From assembly GCF_964019745.1 (NCBI RefSeq), contig NZ_OZ026462.1, forward strand, positions 90,001 to 122,000: a DNA stretch of 32,000 nucleotides, read 5' to 3'. Of the stretch, positions 1 to 10,095 are shown in pieces. A program made the translations under genes and the position numbers. Numbering within the stretch: the stretch's first letter is position 1; the number at the start of each line of letters is the position of its first letter. This DNA comes from Candidatus Saccharimonadota bacterium. GTDB lineage: Bacteria > Pseudomonadota > Gammaproteobacteria > Burkholderiales > Burkholderiaceae. Under the pieces are notes generated by a model that was not told the DNA's origin, did not search any database, and saw nothing but the letters and a program-made list of their open reading frames with translations.

Positions 1-218
1 ACTCCAGAAGTATCATATATATATATTGAAGGATTTTTTTTAATTTTATAAATAAAATTATTTTTAGATTGAATAATTTTTCTAATAGGAACTTTAATAT
101 CTTTTCTAGAACCTAGAATATATTTTTTTTTAGAATTAATAAAAGATTTAATTCTTAATTTATTAAAATCTAAATTTTTAAAATATATTTCTTTATATTT
201 TTTAATCACTTTAAACAT
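1..218 (-). CDS. thiC: phosphomethylpyrimidine synthase ThiC, N-terminal 72 codons only (gene continues past the left edge)
   Basis: Hand translation from ATG at 218-216: MFKVIKKYKEIYFKNLDFNKLRIKSFINSKKKYILGSRKDIKVPIRKIIQSKNNFIYKIKKNPSIYIYDTSG. This matches the remembered ThiC N-terminal pattern (.NS+KIY..GSR.DI+VPMREI ... NPP.Y.YDTSGPY). It is absent from the ORF track, probably because it is edge-truncated. Confidence 0.6.
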   Translation of the reverse strand, partial: MFKVIKKYKEIYFKNLDFNKLRIKSFINSKKKYILGSRKDIKVPIRKIIQSKNNFIYKIKKNPSIYIYDTSG

Positions 219-371
219 TTTTTTTTAAAATAAAAAATTTTATTTATTTTAAAAAAAAAATTATTTATAATATCATTGATAATGATATTTTTTTTAAAAA
301 AAAAAAAAAATATTAATTTTCAATATATTTTTTAAAAAAACAAAAATAATTAAAAATTATTAAAATTTAAA

Positions 372-2891
372 ATGAAAAAAATATTTTTTTTAAAAAAAAA
401 AAAAACAAAAAAAATTTTTTGCATACAACTTCCTCCCCCAAATATTACTGGAATATTACATTTAGGACATGCTTTTAATCAAATAATTTCAGATATATTA
501 ATGAGATATCATTTTATGATGGGATATAAAATAAATGGAATTTTTGGTACAGATCACGCGGGTATAGCAACACAATTAATAATTGAAAAACAATTAAAAA
601 AAATAAATTCTTCAAAAGAAGAAATAGGAAAAATTGAATTTAAAAAAAAAATTTTTAATTGGAAAAAAAAATCAGAAAATAAAATTAAAAAACAAATTAA
701 AAAAATAGGAATATCTATAGATTTTAAAAAAAAATATTTTACAATGAACAAAAAATTTTCTTCTATAGTAAAAAAAACATTTGTAAAATTATTTAATGAT
801 AATTTAATTTATAAAAAAAAAAAAATAGTAAATTGGGATCCAACAATAAAAACAGTAATTTCTGATTTAGAAATAAAATGGAAAAAAAAAATAGGTAAAA
901 TTTGGAATATTAAATATAATATTTTAAATTCTAATAAATATATTGTTGTTTCAACAACTAGACCTGAAACTATTTTTGGTGATGTAGCTATAGCTATTAA
1001 TCCTAAAGATGATAGATATCATAAACTTAAAAATAAAATGTTTAAAGTACCTATAATAAATAAAATTATACCAATAATAGCAGATGAAAAAATTAAAAAA
1101 GAATTTGGAACAGGATTAGTAAAAATAACACCTGCTCATAATTTTATAGATTATGAAATAAGTAAAAAACATAATTTAGAAAAAATAAATATATTTACAA
1201 CTGATGTTAAAATTAATAAAAAAGCCCCATATAAATACCAAGGTATGGATAGATTTCAAGCAAGAGTAGAAATTTTAAAAGAACTTAAAAAAAATAAATT
1301 AATAGAAAGTTATAAACTACATAAAATAAATATTCCATACGCAGAAAGAACAAATGCAATTATAGAACCTATGTTAATGAATCAATGGTTTATTGCAGTA
1401 AATAAACCCTCAAAAAACAATAAATATTTTTATAAAAAATCATTAGCAGAAATAACAAAAGAAAAAATTAATAATAAAGAAATTATAATAATTCCTTCTT
1501 ATTGGAAAAAAACTTTCAATAAATGGATAAATAATATTCAAGATTGGTGTATTTCTCGTCAATTATGGTGGGGGCATAAAATACCTGCATGGTATGATGA
1601 AAAAAAAAATATATATGTAACAAATACAAAAACTGAAGCTATAAAAAAAGCAAAAAATAAAAAAATTATTCAAGAAAAAGATGTTTTAGATACTTGGTTT
1701 TCTTCCGCATTAATACCTTTTGCCACTATAAAATTATCAAAAAAAAAAAAATATAATCCATATTTACCATCTTCTATTTTAATTACAGGATTTGATATAA
1801 TATTTTTTTGGGTTATAAGAATGATAATGATGACTGCTTACTTCACAGGTAAAATACCTTTTAAAAAAATATATATACATGGTATTATAAAAGATAAAAA
1901 AGGTAAAAAAATGTCAAAATTTAAAGGTAATACTATTAATCCAATAGATATAATAAATAAAATTAATTCAAAAAAATTAATTAAAAAAAAAAAAAAAAAA
2001 ATAATAATTTTTAAAAAAAAAAAAAAAATCCCTAAATTTGGAACAGATGTTTTACGTTTTACGCTTTTATCTTTAGCAACACCAAATAGAAATATAAATT
2101 TTGATTTTAATAAATGTATAGGATATAAAAAATTTTGTAATAAAATTTGGAATGCAACAAATTTTGTAATAACAAATATAAAAAAAGAAAATTTTTTATT
2201 AAAAAAAATTTCTAAAACAAAAAAAAAATTATTAGAAACAGATTTATGGATTATATCATTAATACAAAAAATTAAAAAAAATATTAATTTTGAATTTAAT
2301 AATTGTAGATTTGATTATATTGCATTAATAATATATAAATTTATATGGAATGAATATTGTAATTGGTATTTAGAATTTGCAAAAATACAAATTAATTTTG
2401 GCGATATTAAACAAAAAAATAATACCAAATATATATTATTAATAATTTTAATTGAAATAATAAAAATATTACATCCAATAATGCCATTTCTTACAAAGAA
2501 ATTATGGGATAATTTACAAAATATTTTTAATAAAAATATTTTATATAAAAAATCAATAATAAATGAAAATTATCCATTACCTAATTTAAATAAAATTAAC
2601 AATACATCAAAATTAAATATTAATAAACTTAAAAAAATAATTGAAGCATGTAGGATATTAAAAAAAAAAAATAATATTAGTAATAATACTATTATTAATT
2701 TACAAATTAAAATTTGTAATAAAAATAAAAAAAATATAAAAAAATTTTTTATAAAATATACTAAATATATACAAAAAATTATTTATATAAAAAAAATAAA
2801 ATTTATAAAAAATTATAATAATATAAAAAACATTTATTCATATTTAAAAATAGATAATATAAAATTATTAATTTTTAAAAAAAATTTCTAA
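372..2891 (+). CDS. valS: valyl-tRNA synthetase (shortened at both termini, 839 aa)
   Basis: Class I HIGH region PPPNITGILHLGHAFNQ, TTRPETIFGDVAIAINP, KMSKFKGN (KMSKS motif), GTDVLRFTL. ATG at 372, TAA at 2889. Confidence 0.95.
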   Translation: MKKIFFLKKKKTKKIFCIQLPPPNITGILHLGHAFNQIISDILMRYHFMMGYKINGIFGTDHAGIATQLIIEKQLKKINSSKEEIGKIEFKKKIFNWKKKSENKIKKQIKKIGISIDFKKKYFTMNKKFSSIVKKTFVKLFNDNLIYKKKKIVNWDPTIKTVISDLEIKWKKKIGKIWNIKYNILNSNKYIVVSTTRPETIFGDVAIAINPKDDRYHKLKNKMFKVPIINKIIPIIADEKIKKEFGTGLVKITPAHNFIDYEISKKHNLEKINIFTTDVKINKKAPYKYQGMDRFQARVEILKELKKNKLIESYKLHKINIPYAERTNAIIEPMLMNQWFIAVNKPSKNNKYFYKKSLAEITKEKINNKEIIIIPSYWKKTFNKWINNIQDWCISRQLWWGHKIPAWYDEKKNIYVTNTKTEAIKKAKNKKIIQEKDVLDTWFSSALIPFATIKLSKKKKYNPYLPSSILITGFDIIFFWVIRMIMMTAYFTGKIPFKKIYIHGIIKDKKGKKMSKFKGNTINPIDIINKINSKKLIKKKKKKIIIFKKKKKIPKFGTDVLRFTLLSLATPNRNINFDFNKCIGYKKFCNKIWNATNFVITNIKKENFLLKKISKTKKKLLETDLWIISLIQKIKKNINFEFNNCRFDYIALIIYKFIWNEYCNWYLEFAKIQINFGDIKQKNNTKYILLIILIEIIKILHPIMPFLTKKLWDNLQNIFNKNILYKKSIINENYPLPNLNKINNTSKLNINKLKKIIEACRILKKKNNISNNTIINLQIKICNKNKKNIKKFFIKYTKYIQKIIYIKKIKFIKNYNNIKNIYSYLKIDNIKLLIFKKNF

Positions 2892-2906
2892 AATATTTTT
2901 AAAAAA

Positions 2907-3293
2907 TTATTTTTTTATTAATTTTTTTTTATTTTTAATATTATTAATTAATTCTACAAAAGCTAAAGATGCATTATCACCAAAACGATAACCAAATTTT
3001 AAAATTCTTAAATAACCTCCTTTTATATTTTTATAATATATTGATAATTCATTAAAAATTTTTTTTACGATATTTTTATTTCTTAAACGATTAAATATCA
3101 ATCTTCTATTAGATAAAGTATCTTTTTTACTTAAAGTTAAAAGTGGTTCAATAAATTTACGTAATTCTTTAGCTTTTGATAAAGTAGTTTTAATAAATTG
3201 ATTTTTTATTAATGATATAGACATATTTCTTAACATAGCTAAACGATGTGAAGATGTACGATTTAATTTACGAAAATTATGTAAATGACGCAT
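2907..3293 (-). CDS. rplQ: 50S ribosomal protein L17
   Basis: [24 protein letters not shown] is the typical L17 N-terminus. It sits last in the alpha operon after rpoA. AGGAAA lies about 10 nt upstream of the ATG. Confidence 0.95.
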   Translation of the reverse strand: MRHLHNFRKLNRTSSHRLAMLRNMSISLIKNQFIKTTLSKAKELRKFIEPLLTLSKKDTLSNRRLIFNRLRNKNIVKKIFNELSIYYKNIKGGYLRILKFGYRFGDNASLAFVELINNIKNKKKLIKK

Positions 3294-3440
3294 ATTATAT
3301 AGTTTCCTAATAAAATATATTTTTTTTAAAATATAACATTATATATATTATTTTTTATTAAAATATTTTTTATCTAAATTTTTTTACATTAATTTAATTG
3401 TAATTTATATGAATTTAAAATAAATAAAATTTATTTTTTT

Positions 3441-4133
3441 TTAAAAAATTTTTATAAGTTTTAAATGTTTTATAAATTTATTTATTGATTTTTTTACAGC
3501 ATTTTTAGGAGATATTAATCCATTAGTTTCAACATTAAGTTCTAATTTATCAAATTTTTTTCCTTCTATATAAAAATTTTTTACCTCATAAAAAACACGA
3601 CGTATAGGTGAAAAAGAAGCATCTAAAGAAAATTTTCCAATATTTACAGAATTAATATTAGTATTAACTTTTTTTTTTTTTCTTTTTACATAACCCTCAC
3701 CTTTTTCAACTACTATTTCTAATTTTAAAGATGTTTCTAAAGTTAGATTTGCAATAACATGATTAGGATTAATTATTTTAACATTATATGGTAAAAAAAT
3801 ATCTGAAGCTAATATAATTTTTTTATCTGTTTTATTTAATAATAAAAGAACTTTTTTACAATCATATAATTTAAATATTATACCTTTTAAATTTAATAAA
3901 ATATCTATAACATCTTCTTTTATTCCTTTTAAACAAGAATATTCATGTAATACATTATGAAAAAAAATTTCAGTAGGCGCATATCCACTTATAGAAGATA
4001 ATAAAATACGTCTTAAAGCATTACCAAGAGTATGTCCATAACCTAATTTTAAAGGTTTTATAATAATTTTTGAAAAATTTGAATTTAAAAATTTTACTTT
4101 TGTAGAACCATATTTTAAAAAAATATCGTTCAT
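3441..4133 (-). CDS. rpoA: DNA-directed RNA polymerase alpha subunit, N-terminal domain only (230 aa, no alpha-CTD)
   Basis: GYGHTLGNALRRILLSSISGYAPTEI and VETNGLISPKNAV match the alpha-NTD. The ORF ends with TAA at 3441-3443, right after the NTD. It lies between rpsD and rplQ. Confidence 0.9.
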   Translation of the reverse strand: MNDIFLKYGSTKVKFLNSNFSKIIIKPLKLGYGHTLGNALRRILLSSISGYAPTEIFFHNVLHEYSCLKGIKEDVIDILLNLKGIIFKLYDCKKVLLLLNKTDKKIILASDIFLPYNVKIINPNHVIANLTLETSLKLEIVVEKGEGYVKRKKKKVNTNINSVNIGKFSLDASFSPIRRVFYEVKNFYIEGKKFDKLELNVETNGLISPKNAVKKSINKFIKHLKLIKIF

Positions 4134-4163
4134 AAATTATTTTCCTTTATAAAAAATATAAAT

Positions 4164-4784
4164 TTAATGAGAATATAATTCTACTACTAAAGATTCATTA
4201 ATATTATTCATTATTTCTGTACGTTTAGGAAACATTTTAAAAGTTCCATAAAAATTTTTTTTATTTATTAATAACCATGAAGGAAATCCATTTTTTTCAG
4301 CTAATGATAAAGATTCTATAATTCGTAATTGTTTTTTGAATTTTTCTCTTACTAAAATTTTATCTCCAATTTTTACTTGATATGAAGCAATATTTACAAT
4401 ATTATGATTTACAATAAATGTTTTATGTGATATTAATTGTCTTGCTTCTGATCTTGTAGTACTAAAACCCATACGATATACAACATTATCTAACCTAGAT
4501 TCTAATAACATTAATAAAATTTGACCAGTATTTCCTTTCATTCGATTTGCTTTAAAAAAATATCTTCTAAATTGTCGTTCTAATATTCCATATATAAATT
4601 TAATTTTTTGTTTTTCTCTTAATTGTAAAGCATAATCTGAAATTCTTTTATTATATTTTTTATTTCCACCAGGTTTTGAATTTAATTTACATTTAGTATC
4701 TAATAATCTTTTAGAACTTTTTAAAAATAAATCCATTTCTTCTCTACGTGATAATTTACATTTAGGGCCAATATAACGTCCCAT
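4164..4784 (-). CDS. rpsD: 30S ribosomal protein S4
   Basis: [24 protein letters not shown]-terminus. Alpha-operon position. Confidence 0.95.
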   Translation of the reverse strand: MGRYIGPKCKLSRREEMDLFLKSSKRLLDTKCKLNSKPGGNKKYNKRISDYALQLREKQKIKFIYGILERQFRRYFFKANRMKGNTGQILLMLLESRLDNVVYRMGFSTTRSEARQLISHKTFIVNHNIVNIASYQVKIGDKILVREKFKKQLRIIESLSLAEKNGFPSWLLINKKNFYGTFKMFPKRTEIMNNINESLVVELYSH

Positions 4785-4864
4785 AATTTTTCCTTTTAAT
4801 TAAAATTTAAATAAAAAAATAAAATTTTAATATAAATATATATTAATTTTATTTAAAATAAAAA

Positions 4865-5269
4865 TTAAATACGTCTACGTTTAGATGGTTTACAACCATT
4901 ATGAGGAATAGGAGTAACATCTTGAATTTGTGTTATTTTTATTCCTAACATATATAATGCTCTTACAGCTGAATCTCTACCTGGGCCAGGACCTTTAATA
5001 CGAACTTTTAAAATTTTTATTCCATATTTAATAGCATTTTTTCCTGCTAATTCTGCGGCAACTTGTGCAGCAAATGGAGTTGATTTACGAGAACCTTTAA
5101 AACCACCACTAGCTGATGTTGCCCAAGATAATGTTTTACCTAATTTATCTGTAATTGTAACTATTGTATTATTATATGAAGCATAAATATGAGCAATACC
5201 TTCTAAAATATTTTTTTTATTTTTTTTATGAATACGAATTGATTTAGTAGTTTTAGTTTTTTTTAACAT
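4865..5269 (-). CDS. rpsK: 30S ribosomal protein S11
   Basis: [18 protein letters not shown] ... [10 protein letters not shown] ... [15 protein letters not shown] ... [17 protein letters not shown]. Confidence 0.95.
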   Translation of the reverse strand: MLKKTKTTKSIRIHKKNKKNILEGIAHIYASYNNTIVTITDKLGKTLSWATSASGGFKGSRKSTPFAAQVAAELAGKNAIKYGIKILKVRIKGPGPGRDSAVRALYMLGIKITQIQDVTPIPHNGCKPSKRRRI

Positions 5270-5290
5270 ATTTTTAAATTATAAAAAAAA

Positions 5291-5656
5291 TTATTTTTTT
5301 AAAGATTGTGCTAATCTACGAGGACCTTTTCTTGTTCTAGCATTAGTTCTAGTTCTTTGTCCTCTAACTGGTAATTTTTTACGATGACGTAATCCACGAT
5401 AACAACCTAAATCAACAAGTCTTTTAATACTTAAAAAAAATTTACGACGTAAATCACCTTCTATAGTATAATTAGAAATTACTTTTCTTAATCTTTCTTT
5501 TTCAATATCATTTAAATTTTTTACTATTATATTATAATTAATGTTAGCAAATTTACAAATTTTTTTAGCTAAACTATAGCCAATACCATAAATATACGTT
5601 AAAGATATTAAAATATGTTTATTTTCTGGTATATTAACACCAACTATACGAGCCAT
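5291..5656 (-). CDS. rpsM: 30S ribosomal protein S13
   Basis: [26 protein letters not shown] ... [24 protein letters not shown]. Confidence 0.95.
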   Translation of the reverse strand: MARIVGVNIPENKHILISLTYIYGIGYSLAKKICKFANINYNIIVKNLNDIEKERLRKVISNYTIEGDLRRKFFLSIKRLVDLGCYRGLRHRKKLPVRGQRTRTNARTRKGPRRLAQSLKK

Positions 5657-5695
5657 TTAATATTTCCTTTATTTTTAAAAATATTTAAAAAAAAA

Positions 5696-5809
5696 TTAAC
5701 CTTGACGTTGTTTATGACGTGATTCTTTACAAATTACTCTAATAATTCCTTTTCTTTTTACAATTTTACAATTTCTACAAATTTTTTTAACTGAAGTACA
5801 TACTTTCAT
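5696..5809 (-). CDS. rpmJ: 50S ribosomal protein L36 (37 aa)
   Basis: Hand translation: [37 protein letters not shown], then TAA. The ORF is below the track's length cutoff. It sits in the canonical position upstream of rpsM. Confidence 0.9.
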   Translation of the reverse strand: MKVCTSVKKICRNCKIVKRKGIIRVICKESRHKQRQG

Positions 5810-5878
5810 ATTTTAAAAATAAAAATATATTTTTTATAAAAATTTAAAAATATTAAAAAAAATAAAAATAAATTTTAT

Positions 5879-7213
5879 TTAAATTTTAATATTTTTAAAT
5901 AAAGAATTATTTTCTTTATCAATAATAAAACATTGAATTTGTTCTAAAATATCCATAGCAACTAAAACAATGATTAATAAAGATGTACCACTAAAATAAA
6001 ATGAAAATTTAAAATAATAAATTAAAAATTGAGGTAATAAATATATTAAAGATATATATAAAGAACCTAAAAAAGTTAATTGTAATAAAATTTTATTAAT
6101 AAAATTAAAAGTATAATTTCCAGGTCTCAATCCAATTATTAATGCATCATTTTTTTTTAAATTTTCAGCAATTTCATAACTATTAAAAATAATAGAAGAA
6201 TAAAAAAAACAAAAAAATATAATTAAACATATATGTAAAATTATATATAATAATTTTCCTGGGATTAAAAAAAAAGATATCTTTTTAAAAAAAAAAAAAA
6301 AAATATTTTTTTTAAATAAAAACCAATTTATTAAAATAGATGGTAAAGAAATTATAGAAGATGAAAAAATAACTGGAATTACACCAGAAATATTAAGTTT
6401 TAAAGGTAAATATATAGATTTATTAAAATAAATTTTATTATTTATTTGTTTATTTATATAACTTATATAAATTTTTCTTTGACCTTTTTCAAAAAAAACT
6501 ATTATAAATACTAATATAATAAAAATTAAAACAATTAAAAAAAAATTTTTTTTTAAAAAAATTAATGAAAAAAAATTATTAATAATTTGTGATAATCCAG
6601 TAATAATACTAACAAAAATTATTATAGAAATACCATTTCCTAAACCATATTTTGTAATTTGTTCACTAAACCACATTATTATAACTGCACTAGTTGTAAA
6701 AGTAACAATTAAAGTTATATAAAAAATAAAATCTAAATGTAATATTTTATTTTTTTTTAAAATTAATGATAATAAAACTATTAAAGATTGCAAAAATGAA
6801 AATAATATTGTAAAATATTTTGTTAATTTTAAAATTTTAGAATTTCCTAATTCACCTTCTAATTTTAAAGATTTAATATATGGTGAAATTAAAGAAAGTA
6901 ATTGTATTAAAATAGAAGAAGAAATATATGGCATAATTCCTAAAGAAAACATACTAAAATTAGATAATTTAATACCAGAAAAAATATTTATTATACTAAT
7001 AAAATTATTTCTATAAATATTTCTTTTTATTTTGAAAAAATTAATTCTTATTCCTGGAATAGGGATAAAATTCCCAATTCTATATATAAATAAAATTATA
7101 ATTAAAAATAAAAATCGTCTTAAAGGAAAATTTTTAATTTTTTTTTTAAAAAAAAAATAAATATTTTTAATTTTTAATATAAAATCATTTTTAATAATAT
7201 ATCGAACCTCCAA
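5879..7213 (-). CDS. secY: preprotein translocase subunit SecY
   Basis: [30 protein letters not shown] and a multi-TM profile. Follows rplO in the spc operon. The first codon of the longest ORF is TTG (7213-7211), not ATG, so the true start is uncertain (see findings). Confidence 0.9.
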   Translation of the reverse strand: MEVRYIIKNDFILKIKNIYFFFKKKIKNFPLRRFLFLIIILFIYRIGNFIPIPGIRINFFKIKRNIYRNNFISIINIFSGIKLSNFSMFSLGIMPYISSSILIQLLSLISPYIKSLKLEGELGNSKILKLTKYFTILFSFLQSLIVLLSLILKKNKILHLDFIFYITLIVTFTTSAVIIMWFSEQITKYGLGNGISIIIFVSIITGLSQIINNFFSLIFLKKNFFLIVLIFIILVFIIVFFEKGQRKIYISYINKQINNKIYFNKSIYLPLKLNISGVIPVIFSSSIISLPSILINWFLFKKNIFFFFFKKISFFLIPGKLLYIILHICLIIFFCFFYSSIIFNSYEIAENLKKNDALIIGLRPGNYTFNFINKILLQLTFLGSLYISLIYLLPQFLIYYFKFSFYFSGTSLLIIVLVAMDILEQIQCFIIDKENNSLFKNIKI

Positions 7214-7622
7214 ATTTTTCTATCATTAATTTAACTTTTTTAGTAACTAAAATTCCAAATATTTTAACTTTTTTAAAAAAATTTTTAGAATAAAAAATAC
7301 GAACATTTTTAATATTTTTTGTAATTATTTTATATTTTTTTAAAATATTTATATTAATATTTTCTTCTAAAATTAAATTTAATTTAAATAAACTAATTTC
7401 TGCGCATAAAGGTTTAGAAGAATTAAAACCTCTTTTAGGTAATCTTTTTTGTAATGGCATTTGACCACCCTCAAAACCTATTTTTTTTTTCCAACCAGAT
7501 CGAGATTTTTGTCCTTTATGACCTTTACCGGAAGTTTTCCCTAAACCAGAGCCAATTCCTCTTCCAACTCTACGTTTATTTTTTTTAGAAAAATTAAATG
7601 TTTTAATTGTATTTAAATACAT
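7191..7622 (-). CDS. rplO: 50S ribosomal protein L15
   Basis: [26 protein letters not shown] ... [17 protein letters not shown]. Confidence 0.95.
   Translation of the reverse strand: MYLNTIKTFNFSKKNKRRVGRGIGSGLGKTSGKGHKGQKSRSGWKKKIGFEGGQMPLQKRLPKRGFNSSKPLCAEISLFKLNLILEENININILKKYKIITKNIKNVRIFYSKNFFKKVKIFGILVTKKVKLMIEKFGGSIYY
7206..7211 (-). promoter_or_regulatory. Shine-Dalgarno-like GGAGGT inside the rplO 3' end, upstream of the probable secY start
   Basis: Minus-strand reading is TTGGAGGTTCGATATATTATT. GGAGGT also encodes Gly-Gly of L15. In-frame ATT codons lie 8 and 11 nt downstream. Confidence 0.4.
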
Positions 7623-7661
7623 ATAAATATTGTATATAAAAAATATTAATTTTTAAAATAA

Positions 7662-7835
7662 TTATAAAATTTTAATAAGATAACTAATTTTTTTAATCAT
7701 TCCTCTTATTATTTTATTATCTTTTAAACTACATATAGAATTTATTTTTTTTAACCCAAGCCCATAAATAGTAGCACGATGTTTAAAATTTATACCAATT
7801 AAACTTTTTATTAATTTTATTTTAATTTTTTTCAT
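7662..7835 (-). CDS. rpmD: 50S ribosomal protein L30 (57 aa)
   Basis: Hand translation: [57 protein letters not shown], then TAA. Lies between rpsE and rplO. Below the ORF-track cutoff. Confidence 0.9.
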   Translation of the reverse strand: MKKIKIKLIKSLIGINFKHRATIYGLGLKKINSICSLKDNKIIRGMIKKISYLIKIL

Positions 7836-7858
7836 ATTTTTAAAAAAATTTAAATAAA

Positions 7859-8347
7859 TTAAATTATATCTTTAATAATTTTTCCTCGTTTTGCTGCAAC
7901 TATTTCTAATGTATTCATACTTAATAAACCATTTATAGTTGCTCTAACAACATTAAAGGGATTATTAGAACCTTTAGATTTTGCCATAACATCAACAATC
8001 CCCATAACATTTAAGATAGCTTTTATAACTCCACCAGCAATAATACCTCGACCTTCTTTTATTGGAAACATAAAAATTAAAGAAGAACAATGTTTTCCAA
8101 TAATTTCATGATATATAGTATTATTTTTTAAAGTTATTTTATACATTCTATTACGAGCTTTTTCTGTTGCTTTTTGTATAGCTAAAGGTACTTCTTTAGA
8201 TTTTCCTTTTCCAATACCTATACTACCATTACCATCTCCAACAACAACTAAAGAAACAAAACTCATAATACGACGACCTTTTACCACTTTAGTAACACGA
8301 TTAATAGTAATCGTTTTTTCTTTTATTTCTAAATCTATTTTTTTCAT
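7859..8347 (-). CDS. rpsE: 30S ribosomal protein S5
   Basis: [46 protein letters not shown] ... [12 protein letters not shown]. Confidence 0.95.
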   Translation of the reverse strand: MKKIDLEIKEKTITINRVTKVVKGRRIMSFVSLVVVGDGNGSIGIGKGKSKEVPLAIQKATEKARNRMYKITLKNNTIYHEIIGKHCSSLIFMFPIKEGRGIIAGGVIKAILNVMGIVDVMAKSKGSNNPFNVVRATINGLLSMNTLEIVAAKRGKIIKDII

Positions 8348-8382
8348 TTTAAATTTAAATTAAATTTTAAAAATATATTTTT

Positions 8383-8757
8383 TTAAAATTTTAAACCAGC
8401 TTTACGTGCAGACTCTGCTAATAATTTTATATGTCCATGATATTTAAAACCCGAACGATCAAAAGCAACTTTTTTTATTCCAATTTTTAAAGATTTTTTA
8501 GCAATTCTTTTACCAATTAATTTTGAAATAAAAAAATTAATTTTTTTATTAAAAAAATTTTTTTTATAATTAGCAATTATTAATTTTACTTCTGATTCTA
8601 AACTAGAAGATGAAACTAAAATTTTCATATTATAATTAATAATATTTGCATAAATATGTAAATTAGTTTTATTAACAACAAATCTAAATTTTTTTTTTTT
8701 AGCTATTTTAATTCTAGTACTAAAAGATCTACGTAAACGTATTTTTTTTTTATTCAT
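8383..8757 (-). CDS. rplR: 50S ribosomal protein L18
   Basis: C-terminal FDRSGFKYHGHIKLLAESARKAGLKF. spc-operon position. Confidence 0.9.
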   Translation of the reverse strand: MNKKKIRLRRSFSTRIKIAKKKKFRFVVNKTNLHIYANIINYNMKILVSSSSLESEVKLIIANYKKNFFNKKINFFISKLIGKRIAKKSLKIGIKKVAFDRSGFKYHGHIKLLAESARKAGLKF

Positions 8758-8785
8758 TTTAATATATATTTTTATATTTTATTTT

Positions 8786-9319
8786 TTATTTTTTTTTAGA
8801 TTCTTTTAAAATAATATTTTCATTAAAATAACGAATACCTTTACCTTTATAAGGATCAGGAACACGAAATAAACGTATTTCAGATGCTACTTGTCCAACT
8901 AATTGACGATCAATTCCTCTAATAATAATTTCTGTTGAAGATAAAATTTCACAAAAAATTCCTAAAGGAATATTATATTTAATAATATGAGAAAAACCAA
9001 TAAATAAATTTAATCTATTATTTTTTATAAAAACTTTAAAACCTACACCTACTAAAATTAATTTTTTTTCATAACCAATAGAAACACCATTAATCATATT
9101 ATTTATTAAAGCTCTAAAAGTTCCAAGTATTACTTTATTAATAATTTTTTTTTTTATAAGTTTAAAACTTATTTTTTTATTTTTAATTTTTATTAAAATT
9201 AAAGAATTTATTTTACAATTTAAAGTTCCTAATTGACCTTTAATATAAATAATATTATTTATTAATTTAATTTTTATATCTTTAGAATAAAAAATAGGAA
9301 GTTTACCAATACGAGACAT
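8786..9319 (-). CDS. rplF: 50S ribosomal protein L6
   Basis: MSRIGKLPI start (ATG at 9319-9317). The track ORF extends to a TTG at 9340, which I consider spurious. C-terminal PDPYKGKGIRY motif. Confidence 0.9.
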   Translation of the reverse strand: MSRIGKLPIFYSKDIKIKLINNIIYIKGQLGTLNCKINSLILIKIKNKKISFKLIKKKIINKVILGTFRALINNMINGVSIGYEKKLILVGVGFKVFIKNNRLNLFIGFSHIIKYNIPLGIFCEILSSTEIIIRGIDRQLVGQVASEIRLFRVPDPYKGKGIRYFNENIILKESKKK

Positions 9320-9332
9320 ATTTTTCCTTAAA

Positions 9333-9728
9333 TTAAGCAATATAACAAATTATTTCACCACCAAGTCCATAAAATTTAGCTTTTTTACCAGTTATTATAC
9401 CAATAGTAGTAGAAACAATAACTACTCCTAAACCATTTAAAATTTTAGGAATTAACTTTTTTTTTTTATAAACACGAAGTCCAGGTTTAGAAATTCTTTT
9501 TAAAATTTCAATAACAGGTTTATTATTAAAATATTTTAAATAAATTTTAATTATTTTTTTATTAATAAAATTAATAGATACAAATTTTTTTATATAACCT
9601 TCACTTTCAAAAATTTTAACAATAGCAATTTTTATTTTAGAAAAAGGTATTAAAACAATTTCTTTTTTAACATTTTGTGCATTGCGAATACGAGTTAACA
9701 TATCAGATATTGGATCACTCATACTCAT
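9333..9728 (-). CDS. rpsH: 30S ribosomal protein S8
   Basis: MSMSDPISDMLTRIRNAQ ... GGEIICYIA. Confidence 0.95.
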   Translation of the reverse strand: MSMSDPISDMLTRIRNAQNVKKEIVLIPFSKIKIAIVKIFESEGYIKKFVSINFINKKIIKIYLKYFNNKPVIEILKRISKPGLRVYKKKKLIPKILNGLGVVIVSTTIGIITGKKAKFYGLGGEIICYIA

Positions 9729-9734
9729 AATATT

Positions 9735-9740
9735 CTCCTT
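9735..9740 (-). promoter_or_regulatory. Shine-Dalgarno AAGGAG for rpsH
   Basis: Minus-strand reading is AAAGGAGAATATT-ATG, with 6 nt between GGAG and the ATG. These are among the few G residues in the spacer. Confidence 0.6.
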
Positions 9741-9784
9741 TATTTTAAAATATATTTACATATAATACATATATTATAATAAAA

Positions 9785-10090
9785 TTACCAACTAGCTTTT
9801 ATTAAACCTGGAATTTCACCACGCATAGCAATTTCACGAATTTTTATTCTACTTAAACCAAATTTTCTAAAAAAACCCCTTGAACGTCCAGTTAATACAC
9901 AACGATTTCTTAATCTATTAGGAGAAGAATTTCTAGGTAAAAGTTGTAATTTTAATCTTGCTTTATATTTTTCTCTTTGAGATTTAAAAGGATCAGAAAT
10001 AATTTTTTTAAAATATAAACGTTTTTTAAAATATTTTTTAACTAATTTTTTACGTTTAATCTCTCGATTAATTAATGATAATTTTGACAT
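9785..10090 (-). CDS. rpsN: 30S ribosomal protein S14 (long form, 101 aa)
   Basis: [41 protein letters not shown]. Confidence 0.95.
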   Translation of the reverse strand: MSKLSLINREIKRKKLVKKYFKKRLYFKKIISDPFKSQREKYKARLKLQLLPRNSSPNRLRNRCVLTGRSRGFFRKFGLSRIKIREIAMRGEIPGLIKASW

Positions 10091-10095
10091 ATTAT

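Noticed and set aside
282-371. Upstream in-frame ATG (282) that could restore the missing ValRS N-terminal extension
   Set aside because: Reading from 282 gives MIFFFKKKKKY, then an in-frame TAA at codon 12. An A15 tract is present, but no simple slip joins it productively to the 372 start.
554-751. 65-aa minus-strand ORF inside valS
   Set aside because: It is antisense to a well-supported CDS. It is a hydrophobic F/I/L-rich shadow ORF of the kind produced by reading Lys/Asn/Glu-rich A-rich codons backwards, with no family resemblance.
3294-3440. Possible frameshifted remnant of the RpoA C-terminal domain in the rpoA-rplQ spacer
   Set aside because: The continuing frame reads KKINFIYFKFI and then stops. 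I found no alpha-CTD-like helix-hairpin-helix motif by eye.
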